Assembly (NCBI GenBank): GCA_964590645.1
Contig: CAZPYJ010000003.1
Span: 32,349 to 96,348 of the forward strand
Direction: 5' to 3'
From: an uncultured Lentimicrobiaceae bacterium
GTDB taxonomy: Bacteria; Bacteroidota; Bacteroidia; Bacteroidales; JAGNHN01
Length of the DNA: 64,000 nucleotides
Shown here: positions 8,910 through 18,764 of the stretch, piece by piece
Layout: every line of letters begins with the position of its first letter
Position numbering within the stretch: position 1 is the stretch's first letter
Made by a program: the position numbers and the translations under genes
The notes under the pieces: model-generated
Told to the model about the DNA's origin: nothing
The model's database searches: none
Seen by the model: the letters and a program-made list of their open reading frames with translations, nothing else

Positions 8910-10802
8910 ATGAGAAAATGGCGCATTGAAGACTCGAAGGAGTTATATAATATCCACGGATGGGGGGTGAATTATTTCTCTATCAATGAGAAGGGCAATG
9001 TAGTCGTTTCCCCTGCCCGGGATTCCAATGAAGTGGATCTGTATGAATTGATTGAGGAGTTGCAGCTGAGAGATGTTTCCACGCCAGTTCTTCTGCGCTT
9101 TCCGGATATTCTGGACAACCGGATTGAGCAGATGGCCAAGTGTTTTGCGCAGGCCAAGACGGAATACGAGTACAAGGGGGACAATTTTCTGGTGTATCCT
9201 ATCAAGGTCAATCAAATGCGTCCGGTGGTGGAAGAGATCGTTAATCACGGGAAGAAGTTTAATATCGGGCTGGAAGCCGGGAGCAAGCCGGAATTGCACG
9301 CCGTCATTGCCATCAATACCGACAGCGACAGCCTGATCATTTGCAATGGGTATAAAGACGAGGATTATATTGAATTGGCCTTGCTGGCGCAGAAAATGGG
9401 TCGCCGCATCTATATCGTGGTGGAAAAGCTCAATGAGCTGAGGCTGATCACCCGCATAGCCAAGCGCTTGAAAGTCATCCCGAATATTGGTATACGCATC
9501 AAACTGGCCAGCTCGGGCAGTGGCAAATGGGAAGATTCGGGCGGGGATGTCAGTAAGTTCGGCCTGACTTCCAGCGAACTCCTGGAGGCGATGGAGTACC
9601 TCGAAGAGCAGGGAATGAAAGAATGCCTCAAGCTGGTGCATTTTCATATTGGCAGTCAGGTGAATAAGATCCGCCGCATCAAGATTGCCCTGCGCGAAGC
9701 AGCCCAGTTTTTTGTCCAGCTGCACGCCCACGGCTTCCGGGTGGAGTTTGTGGATGTGGGCGGCGGACTGGGTGTGGACTATGACGGCACCCGTTCGGCC
9801 AACAGCGAGAGCAGCATCAATTACAGCATTCAGGAATATGTGAATGATGCGGTGAGCGCCCTGGTGGATGCGGCCGATAAAAACGATATCCCTCATCCCA
9901 ACATCATCACCGAAAGCGGACGTTCACTCACAGCCCATCACAGTATTTTGGTTTTTGAGGTATTGGAATCGGCGGTGGTGCCAAGCTGGGACGAGGAGGA
10001 AGAGGTGAGCGAAGATGACCACGAACTGGTAAGGGAACTCTATGAACAATGGGACAACCTCAACCAGCCCCGGATGCTGGAAACCTGGCACGATGCACAG
10101 CAGATCAGAGAAGAGGCGCTTGATCGTTTCAGCCTCGGTTTGCTTGATCTGAAAACCCGGGCACAGGTGGAAAGGCTGTTCTGGTCGGTGGCAAGGGAAA
10201 TCCATCATATGACACGCAGCATCAAGCACGTACCGGAGGAATTGAATCTGCTTCCCAAATTGCTTGCCGATAAGTACTTCTGCAATTTCAGCCTCTTCCA
10301 GTCGCTGCCCGACAGCTGGGCCATCGACCAGATCTTCCCCATTATTCCCCTGCACCGGCACCAGGAACGCCCCGATCGCAATGCTACCTTGCAGGATATT
10401 ACCTGCGATTCGGACGGGAACATCAGCAATTTCATTTCCACCCGGAATTTCTCCTACTACCTTCCGGTACATTCCCTGAAAAGCCGCGAATCTTACTATA
10501 TCGGCGTTTTCCTCGTCGGAGCCTACCAGGAAATCCTGGGCGACCTGCACAATCTCTTCGGGGATACCAATGCGGTGCACGTTTCCGTCACCAGCGAGGG
10601 TTACCATATCGATCAGATTATCGATGGGGAAACGGTGGCTGAAGTGCTCGACTATGTGCAATACAACGCAAAAAAGCTGGTGCGTACCGTAGAAACCTGG
10701 GTAACAGCCTCCGTAAAGCAGGGGCGCATCAGCGCCGAGGAAGGAAAAGAATTCCTCTCCAATTACCGATCAGGGCTTTACGGTTATACCTACCTTGAAT
10801 AG
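8910..10802 (+). CDS. speA: Biosynthetic arginine decarboxylase
   Basis: MRKWRIEDSKELYNIHGWGVNYFSINEKGNV N-terminus and a PLP fold III decarboxylase body (YPIKVNQ..., HFHIGSQ). The ORF-track start at 8775 would overlap glyQS, so the ATG at 8910 is preferred. Confidence 0.9.
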   Translation: MRKWRIEDSKELYNIHGWGVNYFSINEKGNVVVSPARDSNEVDLYELIEELQLRDVSTPVLLRFPDILDNRIEQMAKCFAQAKTEYEYKGDNFLVYPIKVNQMRPVVEEIVNHGKKFNIGLEAGSKPELHAVIAINTDSDSLIICNGYKDEDYIELALLAQKMGRRIYIVVEKLNELRLITRIAKRLKVIPNIGIRIKLASSGSGKWEDSGGDVSKFGLTSSELLEAMEYLEEQGMKECLKLVHFHIGSQVNKIRRIKIALREAAQFFVQLHAHGFRVEFVDVGGGLGVDYDGTRSANSESSINYSIQEYVNDAVSALVDAADKNDIPHPNIITESGRSLTAHHSILVFEVLESAVVPSWDEEEEVSEDDHELVRELYEQWDNLNQPRMLETWHDAQQIREEALDRFSLGLLDLKTRAQVERLFWSVAREIHHMTRSIKHVPEELNLLPKLLADKYFCNFSLFQSLPDSWAIDQIFPIIPLHRHQERPDRNATLQDITCDSDGNISNFISTRNFSYYLPVHSLKSRESYYIGVFLVGAYQEILGDLHNLFGDTNAVHVSVTSEGYHIDQIIDGETVAEVLDYVQYNAKKLVRTVETWVTASVKQGRISAEEGKEFLSNYRSGLYGYTYLE

Positions 10803-10992
10803 CTCAAGCCGGCCAGGGGTAATACAATTGCAAAAGCCTGTTGCGGCCTCTTGCTTGTATAAGACAGGCAGGATGGTCATTTATCAATTAATCTTAAAGT
10901 TTTCACCATATCTATTTTTATAGATATATTTGCCCTTTGTATTCAAAATGAAAAAGCAAGCCCCTGCTAAGCAGAGAAAAAAAACAAGCATT

Positions 10993-11934
10993 ATGGACAG
11001 AATTACTGTAATCGGAGCCGGAAATGTCGGCGCAACCTGTGCAAATGTCATTGCACACAAAGACCTGGCCCGTGAGGTCGTAATGGTAGATATTAAGGAA
11101 GGGATGGCAGAAGGTAAAGCCCTGGATATCTGGCAGACTTCTTCGATTAATAATTTCAGCACCCGGGTGGTGGGCGTAACCAACAACTACCTGCGCACCA
11201 AAGGCTCAGGAGTAGTGGTGATCACTTCAGGGATGCCGCGTAAACCCGGAATGAGCCGCGACGATCTGATCAAGACCAATGCGGAGATTGTGAAAGATGT
11301 GACGGAAAAAGTCATCAAATACTCTCCTGAAGCCATTGTAGTGGTGGTTTCCAATCCTCTCGATGTAATGACCTACGTGGCCTACCGTACCGCAAACAAA
11401 TCATCCAACAAAGTTTTCGGAATGGCCGGGATTCTTGATACGGGACGTTACAAGGCTTTCATCGCCGAGGCTTTGAATGTGAGCCCGAAAGATGTACACG
11501 CGATGCTGTTGGGCGGGCACGGCGACACTATGGTGCCCCTGCCGCGCTATACCTCTGTAAACGGCATTCCCGTGACCGAACTCCTGGCCACCGATGAGAT
11601 TGAGAAGATCGTGGAGCGCACCCGCAAGGGAGGAGGCGAGCTGGTGAGCCTGATGGGCACCTCTGCCTGGTATGCCCCCGGCGCGGCTGCCGCCCAGATG
11701 GTGGAAGCCATCGTGGACGATCAGAAACGCGTATTCCCGGTAAGTGCCTTCCTGAATGGAGAATACGGTCATAAAGACCTTTACCTGGGTGTTCCGGCCA
11801 AACTTGGACGCAATGGCATCGATGAAATTATCCAGATCCATCTCGACGCCAGGGAAAAGAAGATGCTGGACGAAAGCGCCGAATCGGTAAAGCAAGTGAT
11901 CGATGTGCTGAACAAGATGAAGATCCTGGATTAA
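10993..11934 (+). CDS. mdh: Malate dehydrogenase (LDH-like family)
   Basis: ITVIGAGNVGATCANVIA Rossmann motif, GMPRKPGMSRDDL and HGDTMVP. Start at MDRITVIG. Confidence 0.9.
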   Translation: MDRITVIGAGNVGATCANVIAHKDLAREVVMVDIKEGMAEGKALDIWQTSSINNFSTRVVGVTNNYLRTKGSGVVVITSGMPRKPGMSRDDLIKTNAEIVKDVTEKVIKYSPEAIVVVVSNPLDVMTYVAYRTANKSSNKVFGMAGILDTGRYKAFIAEALNVSPKDVHAMLLGGHGDTMVPLPRYTSVNGIPVTELLATDEIEKIVERTRKGGGELVSLMGTSAWYAPGAAAAQMVEAIVDDQKRVFPVSAFLNGEYGHKDLYLGVPAKLGRNGIDEIIQIHLDAREKKMLDESAESVKQVIDVLNKMKILD

Positions 11935-11959
11935 GCCGTTTCCATCATAAAAGATAAAA

Positions 11960-11988
11960 AGCCCTGCCTTGTGCGGGGCTTTTTTTTT
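11960..11988 (+). terminator. Rho-independent terminator after mdh
   Basis: agccctgc-cttgt-gcggggct hairpin followed by eight T residues. Confidence 0.8.
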
Positions 11989-12276
11989 GCCTGATTGCAG
12001 ATTACGCAATGGCAGATTATTTGATTTCTGATATGCCCACGTGCACGATTTCGTGATCGATACCCCGACCTGACTCAATGCAAGGACAAGGTGAAAAATG
12101 AAAGTGCGCTTGACCGTAAGCTGTGCCTGCGCATCCAGACTGGGTTTTACATCGTTGCTGTTGCCGATTCCCCTATCCAACTCATTTCCGGATCAGAAAG
12201 CAGTGCCAAACCCCGGAAGTTCCTGATTTCTCTTATTTTTGCCTTTCTGTAAATCGCAAACCTTAAACAGAAACCT

Positions 12277-13920
12277 ATGAGAAAAACACTTGCTATCCTT
12301 GCTTTATGGTCAGTGCTGATACTGGCCGCACCAGGCCTTTCTTATGCCTGCAGCAATTTCCTGATCACCAAGGGAGCTTCCAAAGACGGCTCCACAATGA
12401 TCAGCTATTCAGCTGATTCCCACGTGCTGTATGGTGAACTGTATCACTGGCCGGCCAAGAAATGGCCGGAAGGCAGTATGCTGGACATCTACGAATGGGA
12501 TACCGGCAAATACCTCGGGAAGATTCCCCAGGCGAAGGAAACGTACACTGTGAACGGGAATATGAACGAGCATCAACTTGCCATTGGAGAAACCACCTTC
12601 GGTGGCCGCAGCGAGCTGGGCAGCCAGGAAGGGGCCATTATGGATTATGGCAGCCTGATGTATATCGCCCTGCAGCGTGCCAAAACCGCCCGTGAGGCGA
12701 TCAAAGTCATCACCGATCTAATGGCGGAGTTTGGTTATTACAGTTCGGGAGAATCTTTCTCTATCGCCGACCCCAACGAGGTCTGGGTTCTGGAAATGAT
12801 TGGCAAGGGTGAAGGGGAAAAGGGTGCAGTTTGGGTTGCAGTAAAAATTCCCGATGGATACGTTAGCGGTCACGCCAACCAGGCCCGCATTCGGACCTTC
12901 CCGCTGAAAGATCCCGATAACTGTATCTACTCCCCCGATGTCATCGATTTTGCAAGAGAAAAAGGCTGGTTTGACGGGAAAGACAAGGATTTTAGTTTCT
13001 CAGACACCTATGCCCCTGTCGATTTTGGCGGTGCACGCTTCTGCGAATCCCGGGTATGGTCTATGTTCCGCCAGGTGAATAGCAATATGGAGCAGTATGA
13101 AGACTATGCCCTGGGCCATAATCTGGATAACCGGATGCCCCTCTACATCAAACCTGACCGTAAGATTGGGCTGGAGGATATGTTCAGCTTTATGCGCGAC
13201 CATTTCCAGGGTACGGCATTGGATATGACCAAAGATATTGGCGCCGGCCCTTATGGCGTACCTTACCGCTGGCGTCCGCTGACCTGGAAGGTGGACGGAG
13301 TGAGCTATTGCAATGAAAGAGCCGTAGCCACCCAGCAAACCGGTTTCCACTTCGTAAGCCAATCCCGTTCCTGGCTGCCCGATCCTGTGGGCGGGCTGAT
13401 CTGGTGGGGCGTGGACGATGCAGCCAACAGCCTCTATATGCCTATCTATGCTTCCAGCACACGTGTGCCTTCTACGGTAGCCGTAGGCAACGGGGATATG
13501 ATGACCTACAGCCCTACTTCCGCCTTCTGGATTTTTAATGAAGTAGCCAACCTGGCCTACACCCGCTGGAACCATATCTATCCGGAAGTCAAAGCCGAAC
13601 AGAAAAAACTGGAGAACAAGTTTATGACCTACACCAAGGCCATCGACCAGGCCGCAGCTACCCTCTATGCCCAGGATCCCGCCCTGGCGGTGGAATACCT
13701 GACAGATTATACCGTCAGCAATACCGACAAGGCCGTGATGGACTGGCGCAAATTCTATGAGTATCTCTTCGCCCGCTTTATGGACGGCAATACCAAAGAA
13801 ATTGATCCCGAAAACCGCAACCCCAAAGTGGAGTTCCCGGGATATGGAGAAGAGTGGTACCGTCGCATTGTGGAAGAAACCGGAGATCATTTCAAAGTGC
13901 GTGGCAACGATGGACACTAA
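12277..13920 (+). CDS. C69 family dipeptidase (secreted)
   Basis: A signal peptide ending LSYA is followed by the N-terminal nucleophile motif CSNFLITKGASKDGSTMISYSADSH, typical of peptidase family C69. Confidence 0.85.
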   Translation: MRKTLAILALWSVLILAAPGLSYACSNFLITKGASKDGSTMISYSADSHVLYGELYHWPAKKWPEGSMLDIYEWDTGKYLGKIPQAKETYTVNGNMNEHQLAIGETTFGGRSELGSQEGAIMDYGSLMYIALQRAKTAREAIKVITDLMAEFGYYSSGESFSIADPNEVWVLEMIGKGEGEKGAVWVAVKIPDGYVSGHANQARIRTFPLKDPDNCIYSPDVIDFAREKGWFDGKDKDFSFSDTYAPVDFGGARFCESRVWSMFRQVNSNMEQYEDYALGHNLDNRMPLYIKPDRKIGLEDMFSFMRDHFQGTALDMTKDIGAGPYGVPYRWRPLTWKVDGVSYCNERAVATQQTGFHFVSQSRSWLPDPVGGLIWWGVDDAANSLYMPIYASSTRVPSTVAVGNGDMMTYSPTSAFWIFNEVANLAYTRWNHIYPEVKAEQKKLENKFMTYTKAIDQAAATLYAQDPALAVEYLTDYTVSNTDKAVMDWRKFYEYLFARFMDGNTKEIDPENRNPKVEFPGYGEEWYRRIVEETGDHFKVRGNDGH

Positions 13921-13984
13921 AATGTTGAGAGGATAGTTTATACGCTGTTTCCCCGAAGCAGTATTCAATCCATCATAAACACTA

Positions 13985-14032
13985 AGCAGAGGGAAAGCAA
14001 CCTTAAAAAGGGCGCTCTCCCTCTTTGCTTTT
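13985..14032 (+). terminator. Probable rho-independent terminator after the C69 dipeptidase gene
   Basis: agcagaggga...tccctctttgct imperfect hairpin followed by tttt. Confidence 0.45.
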
Positions 14033-14114
14033 ATTGTTCAAGCGAATACCTGGAAAGGGAATTAGCGTACCTTTGTTAGATAATTAACTGATCTTTAAAC
14101 TTAAGCTCATCGCA

Positions 14115-15032
14115 ATGGATACACAGACCCCCACTCCTGCTGCTCCGAAAGAAAAGAAATCGCGCACCCTGATTCTGATCCTGCTCCTGATCATTGTTGG
14201 TCTGGCCGGAGGATTGATCTTTCAGCTCTGCAATACCCGTACAATAATTGAAGAGAAGGTAATAGAAAACCTCACCCTGCAATCGGAGCTGGACTCACTG
14301 ATGAATGAGCACAGCATCATCAAATACGAATACGGCGCGCTGACGGATTCTCTCGTGGGCAAAGACAGCCTGATACAAGCCAATGCCCAAGAGATCAAAA
14401 AACTGATTGCCTCACAGGCCGATTACTACCGTATCCGTAAAAAGCTCGACCTCCTGCGGGGCATCACCCAGGGCTATGTCAATACCATCGACTCCCTTTA
14501 TACTGAAAACAAAAAACTTCAGGATGAGAACCTGGTGCTCACCGAGAAGTATGAAGCGCAGGTGAGCATTTCACGTCAACTTGAGCAGGATAAAACCGAG
14601 CTTACCGACAAGGTGACCCGGGCTTCGGCGCTCAAAGCCTATAATATCAGCGCTGAAGGAATCCGTTACAAATCGTGGGGGGAAGGTGAAAAGGTGACCT
14701 ACAAGGCCCGCCGGGTGGATGCCGTGAAAATCTGTTTCACCCTGAGTGAAAATCCGGTGGCTGAACCCGGAAAACGCAACATTTATGTTCGACTCGCCCG
14801 CCCGGACAATGTCATCGTGACCCAGGGCAACGACGAAACATACACCTTTGATTATCAGGGTGAAAAAATCAATTTCTCTATGAAACAGGAGGTCGACTAC
14901 CAGAACAAAGCGATGGATGTTTGCCTCGACTGGGAAAAGGTAGCCGAAGGGCCGGCAATGAAGGGTGTATATCACATCTACATCTTTGTGGATGGGGAAG
15001 AAATCGGATACAGCCAGTTCGAACTGGAATAG
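14115..15032 (+). CDS. Hypothetical membrane-anchored coiled-coil protein with C-terminal beta-rich domain
   Basis: 305-aa ORF. N-terminal TM (LILILLLIIVGLAGGLIF), then about 130 aa of heptad-like Q/E/K/L-rich sequence, then a beta-rich C-terminus. I recognise no family. Confidence 0.6.
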   Translation: MDTQTPTPAAPKEKKSRTLILILLLIIVGLAGGLIFQLCNTRTIIEEKVIENLTLQSELDSLMNEHSIIKYEYGALTDSLVGKDSLIQANAQEIKKLIASQADYYRIRKKLDLLRGITQGYVNTIDSLYTENKKLQDENLVLTEKYEAQVSISRQLEQDKTELTDKVTRASALKAYNISAEGIRYKSWGEGEKVTYKARRVDAVKICFTLSENPVAEPGKRNIYVRLARPDNVIVTQGNDETYTFDYQGEKINFSMKQEVDYQNKAMDVCLDWEKVAEGPAMKGVYHIYIFVDGEEIGYSQFELE

Positions 15033-15048
15033 GCTTTTGCCCTGCGTT

Positions 15049-15633
15049 TCAAACTGAAGATTTCCGGGGGCGGAGGCGCTCTGTCCAGATCAGCCATAAT
15101 CCGAAGATTACCACATAGAAGAGGGGGCGGAAGAGGTAATCGTGAAAGAGGCTGAAATATGGGGGATCGACCCACATCACCATACACAGGCCAAATACCC
15201 TGAACACATTTGTGATATGAATAAGCAGTATTCCCAGGGGAATAAACCAGGCTTTGTGTTTCCAGGCACCGGGCAAAAGGAGGATAAGCAAGGCAAATTG
15301 CAGCATTTGCTTCAGGCCTGAGCAGGAACCGTCCACGGCCACCCCCCCGCCATCCGGCATATAAATGATCTGCCCGACAACAGCTACGTCTATCCCCAGC
15401 AGGTCGCGCACAATCCAAAGGGTTTGAAGAAAAACGATGCGGCCCATCCCTTCCAGGGTTTCCAGGCTCACCACAGTATGGCCCAGCACCTGATAATGTT
15501 GTTCATAAGCCCACCAGCGAAAGGCGTAGTGGATGCCCAGGGTGAGAATGACAAAGATGCCCAGATTAAACAGGCGGGCATTGTCATCTCCGGATCGGAG
15601 CCGGTGGAAAAAAGATCGCATTGCGGACTTCAC
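15049..15633 (-). CDS. Exosortase/archaeosortase-family transpeptidase (short form, XrtF-like size)
   Basis: 194-aa polytopic protein with the ordered catalytic signature of the family: DGSCSGLKQM (Cys), ITNVFRV (N-x-x-R) and a later His (FHDYLF). Confidence 0.75.
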   Translation of the reverse strand: MKSAMRSFFHRLRSGDDNARLFNLGIFVILTLGIHYAFRWWAYEQHYQVLGHTVVSLETLEGMGRIVFLQTLWIVRDLLGIDVAVVGQIIYMPDGGGVAVDGSCSGLKQMLQFALLILLLPGAWKHKAWFIPLGILLIHITNVFRVFGLCMVMWVDPPYFSLFHDYLFRPLFYVVIFGLWLIWTERLRPRKSSV

Positions 15634-15671
15634 GGTAGCTTATCAGTATTATGCAACCTCTGGCGTTGCAG

Positions 15672-15932
15672 TCAGTCGTGTCGAATTGAGTATGATTCTG
15701 AAGTGGTCTTTTTCCTTTTCCATCGATGATAAAGCACCCACAAGCCGTAGAGGCCGGCAAGCAGCATCATTACGCCCAGGCCGCCATCGATGGGACTTCC
15801 GCCAACGGGAGGGTCGCCTCCACCCGGGCCACCCGGAGGAGGGTCAGGCTGGGCATACAGGCCGGTATGCAGGATTACCCATCCCAGCATCATCCCTGAC
15901 ACACGCATTAGCATTCTAAGGAAAAATCCCAT
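15672..15932 (-). CDS. Mini-protein: signal peptide + Pro/Gly linker + P-I-D-G-G / TM / basic C-terminal sorting-signal-like domain
   Basis: MGFFLRMLMRVSGMMLGWVILHTGLYAQ | PDPPPGGPGGGDPPVGGS | PIDGG LGVMMLLAGLYGLWVLY HRWKRKK TTSESYSIRHD. It lies 38 nt upstream of the exosortase-family gene on the same strand. The start is ambiguous (ATGs at 15932, 15914, 15908). Confidence 0.6.
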   Translation of the reverse strand: MGFFLRMLMRVSGMMLGWVILHTGLYAQPDPPPGGPGGGDPPVGGSPIDGGLGVMMLLAGLYGLWVLYHRWKRKKTTSESYSIRHD

Positions 15933-16011
15933 TGGATTAAAATAAAACAGCCTTCCAATCCGCGATTGTAAGGTAGCGAAGATATAAAATCGGGCTTTCT
16001 TTAGCAATATA

Positions 16012-17046
16012 TTATGCACTTCTGGCCCTTCGGAACAAAATATTGTACAAGGCTTTTCCAAAATACTTCAGATCGGTGCGCCAGGGATGCCTTTCATAGG
16101 CCTCCAGGTAGCGCATCTCAGATTCCATTATCTCCTCAAGACTTGAAGGAAGATCAGCATAATAGGGCGGAATCAGTCCCGGTTTGTTTTTTATCCGCTT
16201 TTGCTTCAAGTCTTTGTGATACAATTCAAAAAAATGCTGGCTTAAAGGCCTGACGCCGATCAACTTCATTTCTCCCCTCAACAGGTTGATCAGCATCGGA
16301 ATCTCGTCAATCCAGAAACGCCGCATAATTCGGCCCAGGGTGGAGATGCGAAAATCCCGGTCGAGCTTGCCCCCTTCTTTCAAAGCGTAAAGATTATACA
16401 CATAGTCCTGAAGATATTCAGAATAAGCGTGCATAGTCCGCAGCTTGTATACTTCTATGACCTTTCCGTCCTTGCCAATGCGGGGAAGCCGGATCAGAAT
16501 TCCGGTATTCTTCTCTTTCAGCATTCCCGGCTCCCTTTCCTTACGGCAGAGAAAAAAGAGGAACTTTCCCACCTGCCGGGCATCTTCAATAAGAAAGCCG
16601 GCCAATGTCAGTCTTCCGAAGGTTTCAGCACGCGACAGCACCCGGTTATTGCCGCGCGTGAGATAAAAGTATATCCTGCGCGTCATCCGCAACTTCGGGA
16701 ATACCCGCTTTACAATGAAATCGAGAGAATAGTATAGATAATTCAGTCCTGGCGGGTATTTTTTCAGTATCCTTTTTTTGCGTAGAACATACGTCTCTAC
16801 AAAACCAATGAAAAGTCCCTCGGGCTTTAACTTGTGGTTAACTGAGGCGAAAAATTCATTCAAATTCTGAATATCGTTGATCCTCCTCAAATTGACGACA
16901 CTTTGAAAAGCTTCATCATCCTCCTTTTCAATATTGAATACGCTGGTGGTGGAAAGGGTAAGGTTATCGGGTGCGCCCAGGTCGCAATGGCAGCTGACGT
17001 AGGCAAAAGCCTCGTTCCCTATGGTATCCAGAATCAGTTCTTTCAT
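16012..17046 (-). CDS. Polyprenyl-phosphate sugar-phosphate transferase (bacterial sugar transferase family, priming enzyme)
   Basis: C-terminal EIPMLINLLRGEMKLIGVRPL...KPGLIPPYYADLP is the conserved bacterial sugar-transferase domain. Start at MKELILDT. Confidence 0.8.
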   Translation of the reverse strand: MKELILDTIGNEAFAYVSCHCDLGAPDNLTLSTTSVFNIEKEDDEAFQSVVNLRRINDIQNLNEFFASVNHKLKPEGLFIGFVETYVLRKKRILKKYPPGLNYLYYSLDFIVKRVFPKLRMTRRIYFYLTRGNNRVLSRAETFGRLTLAGFLIEDARQVGKFLFFLCRKEREPGMLKEKNTGILIRLPRIGKDGKVIEVYKLRTMHAYSEYLQDYVYNLYALKEGGKLDRDFRISTLGRIMRRFWIDEIPMLINLLRGEMKLIGVRPLSQHFFELYHKDLKQKRIKNKPGLIPPYYADLPSSLEEIMESEMRYLEAYERHPWRTDLKYFGKALYNILFRRARSA

Positions 17047-17186
17047 CGCTTTCTCCGCAGCAAAATTAGCGAATGCCGGGGATATTGATGTTTTATACCG
17101 GAAGGAAACCCAGGTAAGATTCTTGGCTGGTTTTCTTATCTTTGCGGCCATTCAAAAGAATGCTGAACCCAGGAAAAAAACAAGGA

Positions 17187-17804
17187 ATGAAAGATAGCTC
17201 TCCACGAGATCTTTTCCCTCCCGACCAGGAACGAATCAAACAAAGGGCTGAGAAGGAAAATCTCCTCAGGCAGCGTTCCCGTGTTATCTGGCTCTCCGGA
17301 CTGTCGGGGGCGGGCAAAACCACCATAGGCAGTGCCCTGGAGGATGCCCTTTTCAAAAAAGGCTTTCTCACCCAGATCCTTGATGGGGACATCGTGCGCA
17401 GCGGCATCAACAACAACCTGCACTTCACCCTGGAAGACCGTTTGGAAAACATCCGCCGCATCGCGGAAGTTTCCAAGCTGTTCCTGAACTGCGGCATCAT
17501 TATTATCAACTGCTTTATCACCCCTACCAACGAGATGCGAAAAATGGTCAGGGACATCATAGGCAAAGAGAATCTGGTGGAAGTGTACATCAATGCCCCC
17601 CTGGCTGTATGCGAAGAAAGGGATACCAAAGGATTGAATGGCAAAGCCCGCCGGGGAGAGATTAAGAACTTCACCGGCATCAATTCTCCCTTCGATGAAC
17701 CGGATCAGGCAGATATTGAGATCCGGACAGATTTGATGAACATCGATGCCTCGGCCGGCAAGCTCCTGGATTTTATCCTTCCAATGATCTCTTATGAGGG
17801 CTGA
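17187..17804 (+). CDS. cysC: Adenylyl-sulfate (APS) kinase
   Basis: VIWLSGLSGAGKTTIGSALE P-loop, LDGDIVR and the CysC-typical body. The start could also be 17160. Confidence 0.9.
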   Translation: MKDSSPRDLFPPDQERIKQRAEKENLLRQRSRVIWLSGLSGAGKTTIGSALEDALFKKGFLTQILDGDIVRSGINNNLHFTLEDRLENIRRIAEVSKLFLNCGIIIINCFITPTNEMRKMVRDIIGKENLVEVYINAPLAVCEERDTKGLNGKARRGEIKNFTGINSPFDEPDQADIEIRTDLMNIDASAGKLLDFILPMISYEG

Positions 17805-17830
17805 TCATCCTTTTTTCAAAAAGAAAAACA

Positions 17831-18736
17831 ATGAAGAAATACAATCTGAATCATCTGCAGGAACTGGAATCGGAGGCCATCTTCATAATGCGCGAACTGG
17901 CGGCCCAGTTTGAAAACCCCTGCCTCTTGTTTTCAGGAGGGAAAGACTCTATCGTGCTGGTACACCTGGCCCGCAAAGCTTTCTGGCCTGCCCTGATTCC
18001 CTTTCCCCTCGTCCATATCGACACCGGGCACAATTTTGAAGAGACCCTCACTTTCCGCGATACGCTGGTGGAAAAAATCAAGGCACGACTGATCGTTGGC
18101 TCAGTACAGGAGTCGATTGACCAGGGACGGGTACAGGAGGAAAAGGGCTTCAATGCCAGCCGCAATGTGCTGCAAACCGTAACCCTGCTGGATACCATCG
18201 GGAAATACAAATTTGATGCTGCGATAGGGGGAGGAAGAAGAGATGAAGAAAAGGCACGGGCCAAGGAACGCTTCTTCTCCCATCGGGACGAATTTGGCCA
18301 GTGGGATCCCAAAAACCAGCGTCCGGAACTTTGGAATCTCTTCAATGGACGCAAGAACCTGGGCGAACATTTCAGGGTTTTTCCGATCAGCAACTGGACC
18401 GAAATGGATGTGTGGCAATACATCTATATGGAGAATATTGAAATCCCCGATCTCTACTTCACCCACGAAAGGGAGGTTTTCTACCGCGACGGCGTCTGGC
18501 TGGCCGCCTACGACTTTATGACCCGCCGTCCTGAGGAAACTGTGGAAATGAAGAGGGTCCGGTGCCGCACCATCGGCGATATTTCCTGTACCGGACTAAG
18601 CCTTTCGACTGCAGAAAACCTGGAAGACATCATTGGGGAAATTGCGGCCACCCGTGTGACGGAAAGAGGGGGAAGAGCAGATGATCAGCGATCGGAAGCC
18701 GCAATGGAGGACCGCAAAAAAGAAGGCTATTTCTAA
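17831..18736 (+). CDS. cysD: Sulfate adenylyltransferase subunit 2
   Basis: PP-loop FSGGKDSIVLVHLARKAF and a 301-aa CysD-like sequence. Confidence 0.9.
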   Translation: MKKYNLNHLQELESEAIFIMRELAAQFENPCLLFSGGKDSIVLVHLARKAFWPALIPFPLVHIDTGHNFEETLTFRDTLVEKIKARLIVGSVQESIDQGRVQEEKGFNASRNVLQTVTLLDTIGKYKFDAAIGGGRRDEEKARAKERFFSHRDEFGQWDPKNQRPELWNLFNGRKNLGEHFRVFPISNWTEMDVWQYIYMENIEIPDLYFTHEREVFYRDGVWLAAYDFMTRRPEETVEMKRVRCRTIGDISCTGLSLSTAENLEDIIGEIAATRVTERGGRADDQRSEAAMEDRKKEGYF

Positions 18737-18764
18737 ATCAAGACCCAAAAGCACTTATACAATT

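Noticed and set aside
8943-10661. Minus-strand ORFs 8943-9896 and 9924-10661
   Set aside because: They are antisense to speA. They have biased composition typical of shadow ORFs in moderately GC-rich coding DNA.
12000-12276. About 340-nt gap after mdh, with a 42-codon ORF (MKVRLTVSCACAS...) and a gcagatta direct repeat
   Set aside because: It has no convincing coding signal, structure or motif. It is probably the promoter and leader of the C69 dipeptidase gene.
13000-13968. 322-aa minus-strand ORF
   Set aside because: It is antisense to the C69 dipeptidase gene and has no family features.
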